Of a stretch of DNA of 64,000 nt, positions 1-9,650 are shown piece after piece (position 1 is the stretch's first letter; each line of letters starts with the position of its first letter). Under the pieces are notes generated by a model that did not search any database, was not told the origin of the DNA, and worked only from the letters and a program-made list of their open reading frames with translations. The translations under genes and the position numbers were made by a program. Origin of the DNA: a virus. Lineage: Duplodnaviria; Heunggongvirae; Uroviricota; Caudoviricetes. The DNA is taken from IMG/VR virus record IMGVR_UViG_3300031994_000003, positions 130,820-194,819 of that record; one strand, 5' to 3'.

Positions 1-630
1 AATTTTATAGCATCTGCTTCAACTAATGAAAATTCTGCATATATACGATTAAAAAATAGTATATTAACTAATAATAATCCTGATAATGTATATAAAATAT
101 TAAAAGATATATTTACAAATATCACATCATATGGAATATATTCTGACAGGTCATTTTTATCATTACCAAATAGAAAAATAGATGCATTTACAGGTGATGG
201 TCATGACCTAAGATTGTTTTTTGTTAGATATGGTGAAACAGAACGAGAAGATGCAAAATTATTAACATTGTATAATAATATTAGTTGCTCTAGTGATTTT
301 TTATCTGAATTAGATAGATTTTTAAAATACACTATCACTAAAGAACTAGGACATAATTTAGAATTTAGTAATTTTAAAGAATATATTAAAACATATTATG
401 ATTACTTAATAAATAATGCACCATTAAATATTAATATATTCAAATCAATTGCATTTTGTAATGTAATAATAAAAGAATTCTTTGAAGAAGGACATTCAGA
501 AATATATAATGATGAATATATACGATTAATAGATTTATTAGTTGATCTTTCAGAAGAAATTATTACATATATAAGTAGTCATGAACCAAAATTTACAGTA
601 AAGAATGCATTAGCATCAACATATGAATAA
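1..630 (+). CDS. Hypothetical protein, 5'-truncated by the window edge
   Basis: Frame +1 is open from base 1 (NFIASASTNE...) to the TAA at 628-630, so the 214 start in the ORF track is internal. Confidence 0.8.
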   Translation, partial: NFIASASTNENSAYIRLKNSILTNNNPDNVYKILKDIFTNITSYGIYSDRSFLSLPNRKIDAFTGDGHDLRLFFVRYGETEREDAKLLTLYNNISCSSDFLSELDRFLKYTITKELGHNLEFSNFKEYIKTYYDYLINNAPLNINIFKSIAFCNVIIKEFFEEGHSEIYNDEYIRLIDLLVDLSEEIITYISSHEPKFTVKNALASTYE

Positions 631-645
631 TGCAAATATAAGGAA

Positions 646-2817
646 GTGATGTATATGGGTTTCTATTTACAATATAATAATGGAACTAAAATTTTATTAA
701 CTGCAGATAAAATACGTCAAGCATTAGTTAATAAAGAAGATTTAAATGGAAGCACAACATTAGATAGATTCGATGGAAGTAATATAATGAGTTTAAAAAT
801 GAATTATTACTATCCAACATATACAATTAATGATTTATTAAAATTTTTACAAGAAAAAACAGATTTTGATTATATTGAAAATGAATTATTAACTTTTTCA
901 TTTAATCATATGATTGCTGTTATCTATCTATTAATAACATCACAAATTTCAACAAATGATTTTAAGCAAATGATGCATATGAAATCTATTTATGATAGAG
1001 AAAATCAATTGCTAAATTGGTTAAAATCTGAAAAAGAAAATATCTTGTATAATTTCTTTAATAGAACATCAATAACTGCAACTAGACAAAGAATATTTAA
1101 TTATTATGATCAAATAGATGATATAGTTGCAGGTTTAATTGATATTGAATATAAAATAAATAATAATTTATTAAATCAATACTCTGTAGAATGTGATCTA
1201 TTTAATGATATTAAATCAAATGTAGATGCATTCTCTGATATTGATTGGAGTTATGATAAAACAATAACAGAAACACTAACACCAAATTATAAAATTACCG
1301 ATATTGACTTCTATAGTAATTCAAATAGACATTATGAGGTTGAAAAAACAAGAAGAAATAATTTATTCTATTCATATACAACTACAACAATTACAGAAGT
1401 AACAACAAACACATTTGGTGTAGATATATCTAGAATAAATACACACTATGATCAAATATATAATCAATATATGACAAATCAAGAAGAAACATTAAGCAAT
1501 AAGATAAAAGCTATACAACTTAATGATAGTGAAAATCTTTTGACTTTGACATATTATGATGATTTTACATTTAATAATGCTGATTTATTAAAATATTATA
1601 TAAAGAAATATTCTGTTCCAAATGCTTATTCTACTATCATGTATAATGAAGAAGCTGGCATAGATGAAGTTATGTTGAAAGATTTATATAATATTGTATT
1701 CATGGATAATTTATCAACATCAAATGAATACAGAACTTTTAAAGTACATAATAATGTTTATAAAAATATTTTACCATCAAATAGATATGCACAATTTATA
1801 TTAAATATAAATAGCATTGGTAATACCATAGATGATTTCTTTTTATATACATCAAGTCCAAGTGACTCACTAGAATCATCAACTTTTACATCTGTTCCAG
1901 AAGCATATACAAGTAGTCAAATGGAGCATGTTAATGATGTAATAACTAGTAATGATATTACATATAATTCAGTATATAGTGCATCTACATCTTACACACC
2001 AAGTTATATCAATTCATATATTAACAAGATACTTCCAATTTTAAATAGATTAATAACAAATCTAGATATTTGTAATTTAAGTGAATTACAAAATAATAAG
2101 TTTATTTTTAAAATTGATGTTTGTTTTGAATATGACAGCGATAAACAAAAATACTATATAAGCAATTTTGGTGATAATGGATATATAGAAATATTTAAGT
2201 CATATATCGAAACTGAGTTCAAAAATAAAATAGAATTTACTTTTGATGACTTTTTATCATCTACAAAAAAAGCAGAAGTATATGATTATCTAATGACTGG
2301 ATTAAATAATAAATTACATGATATTATTAATAATAATGAATACAGTGAAAGTAGTTTTTACTATGTATTATTAGCAGATGCATTATATAATTATATTGAA
2401 TATATTTTTGATGATGGTATAGAATATGAAAAAGAAAGAAAATATTATATAGATAATAATATTTGTGAATTATATAAAAGAATTTGTATTGTTAGACAAA
2501 TATATATTGATATATTCACAAATGCACCAAGTTTAGAAAGTACAGGTAGTGAATTATCTTCTACTGCTATTAAAGAATGTTCATTTGATTATACTCCTGC
2601 ACAGGAAGAAACTATTAATTATGAATATTCTTATACAACTACAAGAGTAGTTGCAAAATCATCTTATTATTCATATAGATTTTATAATCCATATTTATAT
2701 TATATTACACCATATATTAGACCAACATATTTTTATAATAGACCAAGATTATTGAGTAGTCACATCAGATCAACAAATTATATGATGAATACTCTTGAAA
2801 GGAGACTTATTATATAA
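646..2817 (+). CDS. Hypothetical phage protein (723 aa, N/Y-rich), possibly virion-associated
   Basis: Long ORF with SD-like AAGGAA and GTG/ATG start; co-oriented upstream of the portal gene; no recognisable motif. Confidence 0.75.
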   Translation: MMYMGFYLQYNNGTKILLTADKIRQALVNKEDLNGSTTLDRFDGSNIMSLKMNYYYPTYTINDLLKFLQEKTDFDYIENELLTFSFNHMIAVIYLLITSQISTNDFKQMMHMKSIYDRENQLLNWLKSEKENILYNFFNRTSITATRQRIFNYYDQIDDIVAGLIDIEYKINNNLLNQYSVECDLFNDIKSNVDAFSDIDWSYDKTITETLTPNYKITDIDFYSNSNRHYEVEKTRRNNLFYSYTTTTITEVTTNTFGVDISRINTHYDQIYNQYMTNQEETLSNKIKAIQLNDSENLLTLTYYDDFTFNNADLLKYYIKKYSVPNAYSTIMYNEEAGIDEVMLKDLYNIVFMDNLSTSNEYRTFKVHNNVYKNILPSNRYAQFILNINSIGNTIDDFFLYTSSPSDSLESSTFTSVPEAYTSSQMEHVNDVITSNDITYNSVYSASTSYTPSYINSYINKILPILNRLITNLDICNLSELQNNKFIFKIDVCFEYDSDKQKYYISNFGDNGYIEIFKSYIETEFKNKIEFTFDDFLSSTKKAEVYDYLMTGLNNKLHDIINNNEYSESSFYYVLLADALYNYIEYIFDDGIEYEKERKYYIDNNICELYKRICIVRQIYIDIFTNAPSLESTGSELSSTAIKECSFDYTPAQEETINYEYSYTTTRVVAKSSYYSYRFYNPYLYYITPYIRPTYFYNRPRLLSSHIRSTNYMMNTLERRLII

Positions 2818-3500
2818 TGAATATACGACAAGAATTACGTAATAAAATTAATAATGATGATCTATCAGATTTCTTTAATTTCTTGATGAACGAGCAATCA
2901 ATAAGTTATATAAATGAGTTTATGAAAGATGTTCATGATAATAATATTGATGATGGGTATTTATATATAATGTCGTTGTTATATAATGAGGATATAAGCT
3001 ATGTACAGTTACCACAAATAGTTCAAATATATAAAACATATATTGGAAATAAAGATGATTTTGGAAAAGCAGTTTTAGATAATTTTAAAAATATTCATAT
3101 TAGAGATAAAATAATAAATATTTATACTGGAAGAGGAGATATATTATCATATAAAGATATTGATAATATTAAAGATAATGCAAAAATTATTTATTCTTCA
3201 TTAACTGAGAATGAAAAGAATGATTATTTAAATCTTCCAGGTGCTATTGATGATAGTTATGAATTTATTAAATATTTTGCAAGAATAAATAACTCATCAG
3301 CAACAATAGAAAGTTATATTGATTATTATTCATATATTTATAATAAAAAAATGGCTATTTATATGCATGCAAATAATAACGCTGGATATCAATTAAATAG
3401 CAATGAATTTGAAAATATTTCTGATAGCGATTTTGATAGAATAAAAAATATTATTGACAATTTTTATTCAAAAATAATGAGTGGAACAATTTATTATTAA
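2817..3500 (+). CDS. Hypothetical phage protein
   Basis: TAATG stop/start overlap with the upstream gene; AGGAG SD upstream. Confidence 0.75.
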   Translation: MNIRQELRNKINNDDLSDFFNFLMNEQSISYINEFMKDVHDNNIDDGYLYIMSLLYNEDISYVQLPQIVQIYKTYIGNKDDFGKAVLDNFKNIHIRDKIINIYTGRGDILSYKDIDNIKDNAKIIYSSLTENEKNDYLNLPGAIDDSYEFIKYFARINNSSATIESYIDYYSYIYNKKMAIYMHANNNAGYQLNSNEFENISDSDFDRIKNIIDNFYSKIMSGTIYY

Positions 3501-3515
3501 GGGAAGTGATTTAAA

Positions 3516-5834
3516 GTGGCCAATAAATTAACAGATAGATTACTTAAAAATTTAAGAGATGCAGATAATAAAACAACAATGGCTCTTTCAGGCACTACTA
3601 ACGAATTAGATTTAGAAGATATTACGTTAAGAGATATAATACATGACTCGACTCTACGTTCATCAAAAAAATATGGTGAGCATACAGATGGAAGAAACTT
3701 AGATTATTTTACAGAACTAGGTTTAGCTTCAATGATGTCAGATTCTATTTCTGATAAGGCCAGTAAAGAAGATAAAAAGGAAGCTAAAGAAGATCCTACA
3801 AAGTATTTTAAAAAATACATGGAAAATAATGGTATTGCTGATAGAACAGCATTATTCATGGGCGACTTAGCTAAATATATACAATATAATAACTATGAAG
3901 CTATTAACAAGCATATCCCAGAGTGTGCTGCTGCTTTAAATGTTTATGTTAATAATATTATTTCACCAGATGACTTTACTAAGACAATATTTAATTATAA
4001 TTATGTTGAATCTGTAGATGAAGAAAAAGTTAATAGTGTAAAAAGCAATATTGATTACATTATTAAAAAATATAAAATGAATATAAAGACAGAAGAAATA
4101 GTAAAAGAAGCATGTATGAAAGGTGACGCATATTATGCAATATTGTCACTTGATAAAGAATTAAGTGCAATGTTAGAAGATCCTTTAATGGATAAATCTC
4201 TTTTACAAGAACATATAAATAATTTAGACACATCTTCTGTAAATGTTAATATCGATGGCTCTGATATTAACTTAAATGAAAGCGATACTAGTATATTTGA
4301 GGAATTTTTAAATATTTCAGATGATGAAAAGAAAGCTAAAGATTATAATTTAAATTCACAAGTTGCTAGTTTTATTAATGAACATTTTGTAATTGGTACT
4401 AAAGCAGAAATGTTACAAGAAAGAGCAGAATATGAATTTGACATTTATAGATCTAGAGCAGTAGAATCTTCTTCAAAGAAATCTAAAAAGAATGAAAAAA
4501 ATAAAAAAATGTATTTAAATGGATCTGTTGTAAGACATTTAAAACCTGAAAATACAATTGAATTAGAACTAGATGATTTCTCATATGGTTATTATTATAT
4601 TGAAGAAAGAGATTACGTTAATTCAGTTGATGCATCAGCTGCTGGAGATTACATTGGTATGACTTCTGGTAGAAATGCTGGAGGAAATACTTATTCTATG
4701 ACAGCACAAGGAGCAACTGCTCCATTAGATAATGGTGTAATAACTGGTGCAACAAACTATAATAAAGACAAAGTTAGAGTTATTTCTGATATTTTTATTA
4801 ATGCTATTGCTAAAAAGATTGATAAAGATTATGTTCGTCATAATAAAAAATTTAAAGACTTTATCTATAGTGTTGTAAGAGAAAAGTACTTACAAAAAAA
4901 GCAGATTAAAATTACATATTTCTCACCAGATGAAGTAGTACATTTTAAAGTTCCATCAGTTTATAAAGATATAGTATTCTTTGCAAAATTATATCTTGCA
5001 ATGCTTACTAACTATATGATTATAAACATCGGTAGAGCTCATGATAAGAGAGTACTATATGTTCAATCTGGTTTAGATGAGCAATATGAACAAGCAGTAT
5101 CAAATGTTATTGAATCAATTAAAACAAAAGAATTTAGATTAACAGATACTGATATTAATACTGTATTACAATTAAATCCAGGTGCATTGGATGATTATTT
5201 TATTCCAATGATTAATGGAGAGCGTGCAGTAGAAATTGAAACTATTGCAGGTATGGATGCAGATATTACGAATAATGGATTCCTTGATTGGTTAAGAAAA
5301 TCAATGATGAATGGTATGTGCGTGCCATCTAATTTAATTGATGTCATGGCAGAAGTTGATTATGCTAGACAACTATCTCAACAAAATACAGCATTTGTAA
5401 GAAATATTGTAAGATATCAAATATTATTCCAACCAGAATTTGAAAAATTCATGAGAAAATTATATGAAAATGAATATAGATATTCTGATGATGGCGAAGT
5501 TGGAGATTCAGAAGATACAAATCTTGATAAGATCGAAGTTACATTCCCATCACCAAAACTATTAATTGGTCAAACTCTTCAAGAAGAATTACAAATTGCT
5601 GATTCTAATGCAGATTATATATCTAATGTTATGGTTCCTGCAAAACAAGATGGATCTACTGAAGATACTAGATTAAAAATGAAAGCATTTATTTTTAAAG
5701 ATATTATGCCTAATATCGATTATGAAAAATATGAAAATTATTTAAAGAATGAATTAAAAATTGATATGGCAGAAGATAAAGTTAAAGCTGCACAAAATAC
5801 TCCACAAGAGAATCAATCAGATTCATATTATTAA
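3516..5834 (+). CDS. Portal protein (T4 gp20-like, jumbo phage)
   Basis: Portal-like segments IPECAAALNVYVNNIISPD, GRAHDKRVLYV, DDYFIP..GE..VEIETIAG and F.R.I.RYQ; 772 aa. Confidence 0.8.
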   Translation: MANKLTDRLLKNLRDADNKTTMALSGTTNELDLEDITLRDIIHDSTLRSSKKYGEHTDGRNLDYFTELGLASMMSDSISDKASKEDKKEAKEDPTKYFKKYMENNGIADRTALFMGDLAKYIQYNNYEAINKHIPECAAALNVYVNNIISPDDFTKTIFNYNYVESVDEEKVNSVKSNIDYIIKKYKMNIKTEEIVKEACMKGDAYYAILSLDKELSAMLEDPLMDKSLLQEHINNLDTSSVNVNIDGSDINLNESDTSIFEEFLNISDDEKKAKDYNLNSQVASFINEHFVIGTKAEMLQERAEYEFDIYRSRAVESSSKKSKKNEKNKKMYLNGSVVRHLKPENTIELELDDFSYGYYYIEERDYVNSVDASAAGDYIGMTSGRNAGGNTYSMTAQGATAPLDNGVITGATNYNKDKVRVISDIFINAIAKKIDKDYVRHNKKFKDFIYSVVREKYLQKKQIKITYFSPDEVVHFKVPSVYKDIVFFAKLYLAMLTNYMIINIGRAHDKRVLYVQSGLDEQYEQAVSNVIESIKTKEFRLTDTDINTVLQLNPGALDDYFIPMINGERAVEIETIAGMDADITNNGFLDWLRKSMMNGMCVPSNLIDVMAEVDYARQLSQQNTAFVRNIVRYQILFQPEFEKFMRKLYENEYRYSDDGEVGDSEDTNLDKIEVTFPSPKLLIGQTLQEELQIADSNADYISNVMVPAKQDGSTEDTRLKMKAFIFKDIMPNIDYEKYENYLKNELKIDMAEDKVKAAQNTPQENQSDSYY

Positions 5835-5840
5835 AATAAA

Positions 5841-5872
5841 AAAAAGAATTAATCATAAGATTAATTCTTTTT
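5841..5872. terminator. Bidirectional intrinsic terminator
   Basis: AAAAAGAATTAATC-ATAA-GATTAATTCTTTTT between convergent genes. Confidence 0.75.
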
Positions 5873-5876
5873 TATG

Positions 5877-6224
5877 TTATTCGACAATATTAGAAATATT
5901 TACTAGACCTAAAATACTTGAAATTATGCCTAATACAGATCCACTTAATACACCAAAGATTAGCACTATGATATGAATGCCTTTACTATCAATAAAGGCT
6001 AGTTGTAGTATTAATAATACTACATTAATAGATACCATTACAATTGAAAAAATTGTAATGAATTCAAAATATGTTCTTAAGTATTCTAATGGAATTTCAT
6101 TATATACTTCTTGCATTTTAGTAAGCAGGTTTTGTTTAAATACTACCATTGATACTAAACCAACTATTGCTAAAATATTAAAACATATTCCAACAATATT
6201 AATTACTTTAATTGCTGTTTTCAT
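5877..6224 (-). CDS. Small membrane protein (about 3 TM segments)
   Basis: Hydrophobic stretches; GGAGG SD; preceded by an early-type ATATATTAT motif. Confidence 0.75.
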   Translation of the reverse strand: MKTAIKVINIVGICFNILAIVGLVSMVVFKQNLLTKMQEVYNEIPLEYLRTYFEFITIFSIVMVSINVVLLILQLAFIDSKGIHIIVLIFGVLSGSVLGIISSILGLVNISNIVE

Positions 6225-6285
6225 ATAATCACCTCCATAAATAAAAACAGTAATATAAAGATATTTATATCTTTATTTCACTATA

Positions 6286-6294
6286 ATAATATAT
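6286..6294 (-). promoter_or_regulatory. Putative early promoter motif ATATATTAT, followed by a 5' hairpin (6255-6276)
   Basis: The same motif occurs upstream of five other transcription units. Confidence 0.5.
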
Positions 6295-6316
6295 GTTTAA
6301 TATAATACAGAAAATA

Positions 6317-6345
6317 AAAAAGACTATGATATACATAGTCTTTTT
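6317..6345 (-). terminator. Intrinsic terminator after the tail tube gene
   Basis: AAAAAGACTATG-ATATA-CATAGTCTTTTT. Confidence 0.7.
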
Positions 6346-6354
6346 ATTATTTAA

Positions 6355-7227
6355 TTAATCTTCATCTGCATAATAATCGCCATAGATCTTACCTAAAGTA
6401 CCATCTTTAGCCATTATTTTTACATCCTCTTGTGTATTGCTACCAGATGTTAAGAAACCAAAGACATCATCTTCAGAATCTTCTGTAACATTTAATATAT
6501 GTTCTTTTAATACCTTTCTAGCAAACTCATCAACTTCAGGACCCCAATCAGGAACACCAACATATTCAGCATTGAAATGTGGATTCTCTTGTTGGCCACG
6601 TTGATAATTATACATACCTAAATCATAGTTAGTTGGGAATACATTTGAATAATAAACTGCTGATTCTAAAATATCTGCATCTTCATTATTATTATTTGCA
6701 TCTGGTCTAACTGTGATATATAATAATTCACCACTATAAGTAGCTGGACCATATTCAACATTAAAAATTTTACAATATGGTGCAATACCAGTTCTATGAT
6801 CTCTAATATAATTTACCCATTTTTGATATAGTCTTCTCATTGGAGAGCCAGAATATTCAATATGTTCAATAGTGAATTGTGTATTACCACGCTCAACACC
6901 ATTAGGTACAGTAACTTCATTACCAGCGAAACCAGATTGATAGTTACCAGTTGATAATTGAACTGTTGATAAACCTTGGAATGATACAAAGTTCTTTTGT
7001 GTCATTACTTTAAAATATTGTAAGTCTCCATCTTTAGCAAACCAGTCGGGAAGATGCACCCAATAAATGAATGCATAACCTGTAGTTAAAACTGTGAATT
7101 TATGATTTATCATATCATCAATACCATTAAAGTATTGACTTGAAGCACCTTTAGCATATTCAAATGGAGTATTGCCTTCCTTCATTTTAGGGAAAATTGT
7201 TCTTTTAGTTAAAATTTCATTAGCCAT
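6355..7227 (-). CDS. Putative tail tube protein
   Basis: Directly downstream of the sheath gene; tube-like segments (EYSGSPM..LYQKW..YIRD..TG, YSNVFPT); start moved to MANEIL after an AAGGAT/GGAG SD. Confidence 0.65.
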   Translation of the reverse strand: MANEILTKRTIFPKMKEGNTPFEYAKGASSQYFNGIDDMINHKFTVLTTGYAFIYWVHLPDWFAKDGDLQYFKVMTQKNFVSFQGLSTVQLSTGNYQSGFAGNEVTVPNGVERGNTQFTIEHIEYSGSPMRRLYQKWVNYIRDHRTGIAPYCKIFNVEYGPATYSGELLYITVRPDANNNNEDADILESAVYYSNVFPTNYDLGMYNYQRGQQENPHFNAEYVGVPDWGPEVDEFARKVLKEHILNVTEDSEDDVFGFLTSGSNTQEDVKIMAKDGTLGKIYGDYYADED

Positions 7228-7246
7228 TATATCCTTCTCCCTTCTA

Positions 7247-9493
7247 TTAGTCGATATTAATTTCAACTGAAATAATTTCGATAATTCCAGCGAATCTAAT
7301 ATTGATAATTACATGTACTAATGTATCGTCATTTTCATCAGCATAAACTTCACATTCAGCTTTTGTTAATGCACGATTTTGCATCCATCCACTTAAATAT
7401 CTTTCAACTGCATTTTGAAGTCCTCTAATAGTTGTATTAGTTGAATCTTCAAATAGATAATTACGTCCAAGTTGTTCAATATCTCTACAAATCTTATTAA
7501 GAGTACGAGAGTTATTTAAATACTTAAGAGCAGTAGAATTATTTGTATATGTTGATTGACTCATAAATTGAATAGATTGAGAATCTCTTTCAATATAGTT
7601 AAGCTTATCTTCATACCATTCATCTTTCTTTTCAGAAGATGGATTTTCATTTAATGATAATGCATCATTAATTACACCACGTTTCTTACCAGCTGTTGGT
7701 AGGAATGCACCATAATTAAGTTCATTATAAGGAATTAATCCTGCTAAGAAATATGTAGGAGTTACATAAACTTCTGCTCCACCATTTGAAGAATAAATAT
7801 CTTCAGTAGATAAATATTGTTCATATACACCTAAATTTCTTAATTCATAAATATTATCAGTTAATTCACCTGATGGCCATGCAACACCACTAGGTTTTTC
7901 ATTATGTTCATAATTTGATTTATAGCAGTCAGAGATAAAGATAATATCGTCTCTCTTACCATCTAATCTAATTAATGCATCACAAATATCTTGTTTAGTT
8001 TCAGCCTTATAACCAGCGTCTAACATATAATCTGCTTTTATAGAAAGTTTATCTTTTAAAGCCTCAGCTACTGCATCGCCAATCATTGATTCATCAAACT
8101 TAGATTTTAATTCACCATTTCCTGGGCATGTTAATACGAATGAAGCTGTAAATAAACTCTTAGAATTATATGAATTTGCAACATTATATAAGAAACTATT
8201 TTCATTATATTGTGGAGATTGTGTTAAATAAATATCACCAATATAATCTGAAACATATCTAATATCTCTATAGTTCTTTAAAGTCTTACGAGAGAAACTT
8301 TCAACTACAACATTATCAATTAATACATCGATTCTGAACATTCCTAATGCAGTTTGTGTTAAACGAACCATCATTTCATTATAGAAGTTTCCAGAATATT
8401 TAGCCTTAATTACAGCATATTGAGATTGATAATATGCTGATAATAACTTAGTATCAGTTGATTCTAAGACGTTACCGTTTGCAGTTAATTTATATTCAAT
8501 TTGTCCATCTACAACCTTTAATGCATTTCCGGCATATTGCTCTACATCTACAGTAGAATTAGTAAATGATGGAGAACCATCACCATAAGTTACAACTTCT
8601 ACATAGTAATCACAGAATGAATCTGCAGTTACATTTTGTTCAACCCATAAACCAGAATTTACTGATGTTTGAACATAATTAACCATATCAGCTAATGTTA
8701 GTACAAGTCCATCACTTTCTACATTTAGTGGATTTGAGAACATATAATATTTTGTACCTGATTTATATTCAGTTGCAGGAGTCATTTCTACATGAATTTG
8801 ATATAAAACTAAACTTCCGACTTGGCTTCTAGTTTGTAATGGTTTTGCTACATATTTAGAACCAGTATTAACGAATAATTGAAGAGAAGAAATATCTTCT
8901 GGAAGTTCGCTAGTAGGAATAATTTCATAAGAAATAGATTTTGTATAAAGGGCATTATCTCTTCTTGATGTTTTTGTAAAGTTTCCTGCTGTAATTCCTG
9001 TTGCTTCATTATAATTTACAGTTCCACCATCTTCAGACTTTGTAAAATATTTTACTCCGCTAACAAATGATCTAGCTTTCTCATAAGATGTTAATGCAAC
9101 ACCAGTTCCATTATCAGTAACGATACCATTTACTGTGATAACAGAATTTGAATCTGCTACTGAGAATACATTTGGCTTAACATATGCAGAAATATTTTCT
9201 ATGAATTCTGTAGGCACTTTTGTCATACGGTATGCTAAAACCGCACCGCCTGAATTTAACCAATTTCCAATATTTAAAACTTGTTGTCCTTGTTCAGTAT
9301 AATTTAAAGTACCGAATGCTTGAAGGAATTCAGCATTATTATATACTTTATAAGGGATATTTTCTGGACCCCTTTCTGAGATAAAAGGAGCAAATAAAGT
9401 TGGGATTGAGTTATTCTCTGTTACAACTCTTTTTCTTTCAGCTGCATGATAACTTACTCCAACGTGTGGGAATATATTTTTTATTTTTGCCAT
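7247..9493 (-). CDS. Contractile tail sheath protein
   Basis: N-terminal SERGPEN..F...FG and W..SGG..LAYR, AKYSG..YN; C-terminal SQST....TALKYLNNSR and I.I.F.GIIE.I.V.I are sheath hallmarks. Confidence 0.85.
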   Translation of the reverse strand: MAKIKNIFPHVGVSYHAAERKRVVTENNSIPTLFAPFISERGPENIPYKVYNNAEFLQAFGTLNYTEQGQQVLNIGNWLNSGGAVLAYRMTKVPTEFIENISAYVKPNVFSVADSNSVITVNGIVTDNGTGVALTSYEKARSFVSGVKYFTKSEDGGTVNYNEATGITAGNFTKTSRRDNALYTKSISYEIIPTSELPEDISSLQLFVNTGSKYVAKPLQTRSQVGSLVLYQIHVEMTPATEYKSGTKYYMFSNPLNVESDGLVLTLADMVNYVQTSVNSGLWVEQNVTADSFCDYYVEVVTYGDGSPSFTNSTVDVEQYAGNALKVVDGQIEYKLTANGNVLESTDTKLLSAYYQSQYAVIKAKYSGNFYNEMMVRLTQTALGMFRIDVLIDNVVVESFSRKTLKNYRDIRYVSDYIGDIYLTQSPQYNENSFLYNVANSYNSKSLFTASFVLTCPGNGELKSKFDESMIGDAVAEALKDKLSIKADYMLDAGYKAETKQDICDALIRLDGKRDDIIFISDCYKSNYEHNEKPSGVAWPSGELTDNIYELRNLGVYEQYLSTEDIYSSNGGAEVYVTPTYFLAGLIPYNELNYGAFLPTAGKKRGVINDALSLNENPSSEKKDEWYEDKLNYIERDSQSIQFMSQSTYTNNSTALKYLNNSRTLNKICRDIEQLGRNYLFEDSTNTTIRGLQNAVERYLSGWMQNRALTKAECEVYADENDDTLVHVIINIRFAGIIEIISVEINID

Positions 9494-9547
9494 TGTTGAA
9501 ACAGCCTCCTTATTTTTGTCATATTAATAACTTAATTTTTTATTCAT

Positions 9548-9561
9548 TATAATTAATTGTT
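9548..9561 (-). promoter_or_regulatory. Late-type promoter AACAATTAATTATA (AACA-N6-TA) for sheath/tube
   Basis: Recurrent motif; half of a divergent pair with the terminase promoter. Confidence 0.7.
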
Positions 9562-9593
9562 CATTAAAAATATAAAAAAGTATTATTTTTAGT

Positions 9594-9607
9594 AACAATT
9601 TATTATA
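9594..9607 (+). promoter_or_regulatory. Late-type promoter AACAATTTATTATA for the terminase gene
   Basis: Recurrent AACA-N6-TA motif. Confidence 0.7.
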
Positions 9608-9650
9608 TACATAAAAAAATATAAAAATGCATAAAAAAAGAGGTGTTTGT

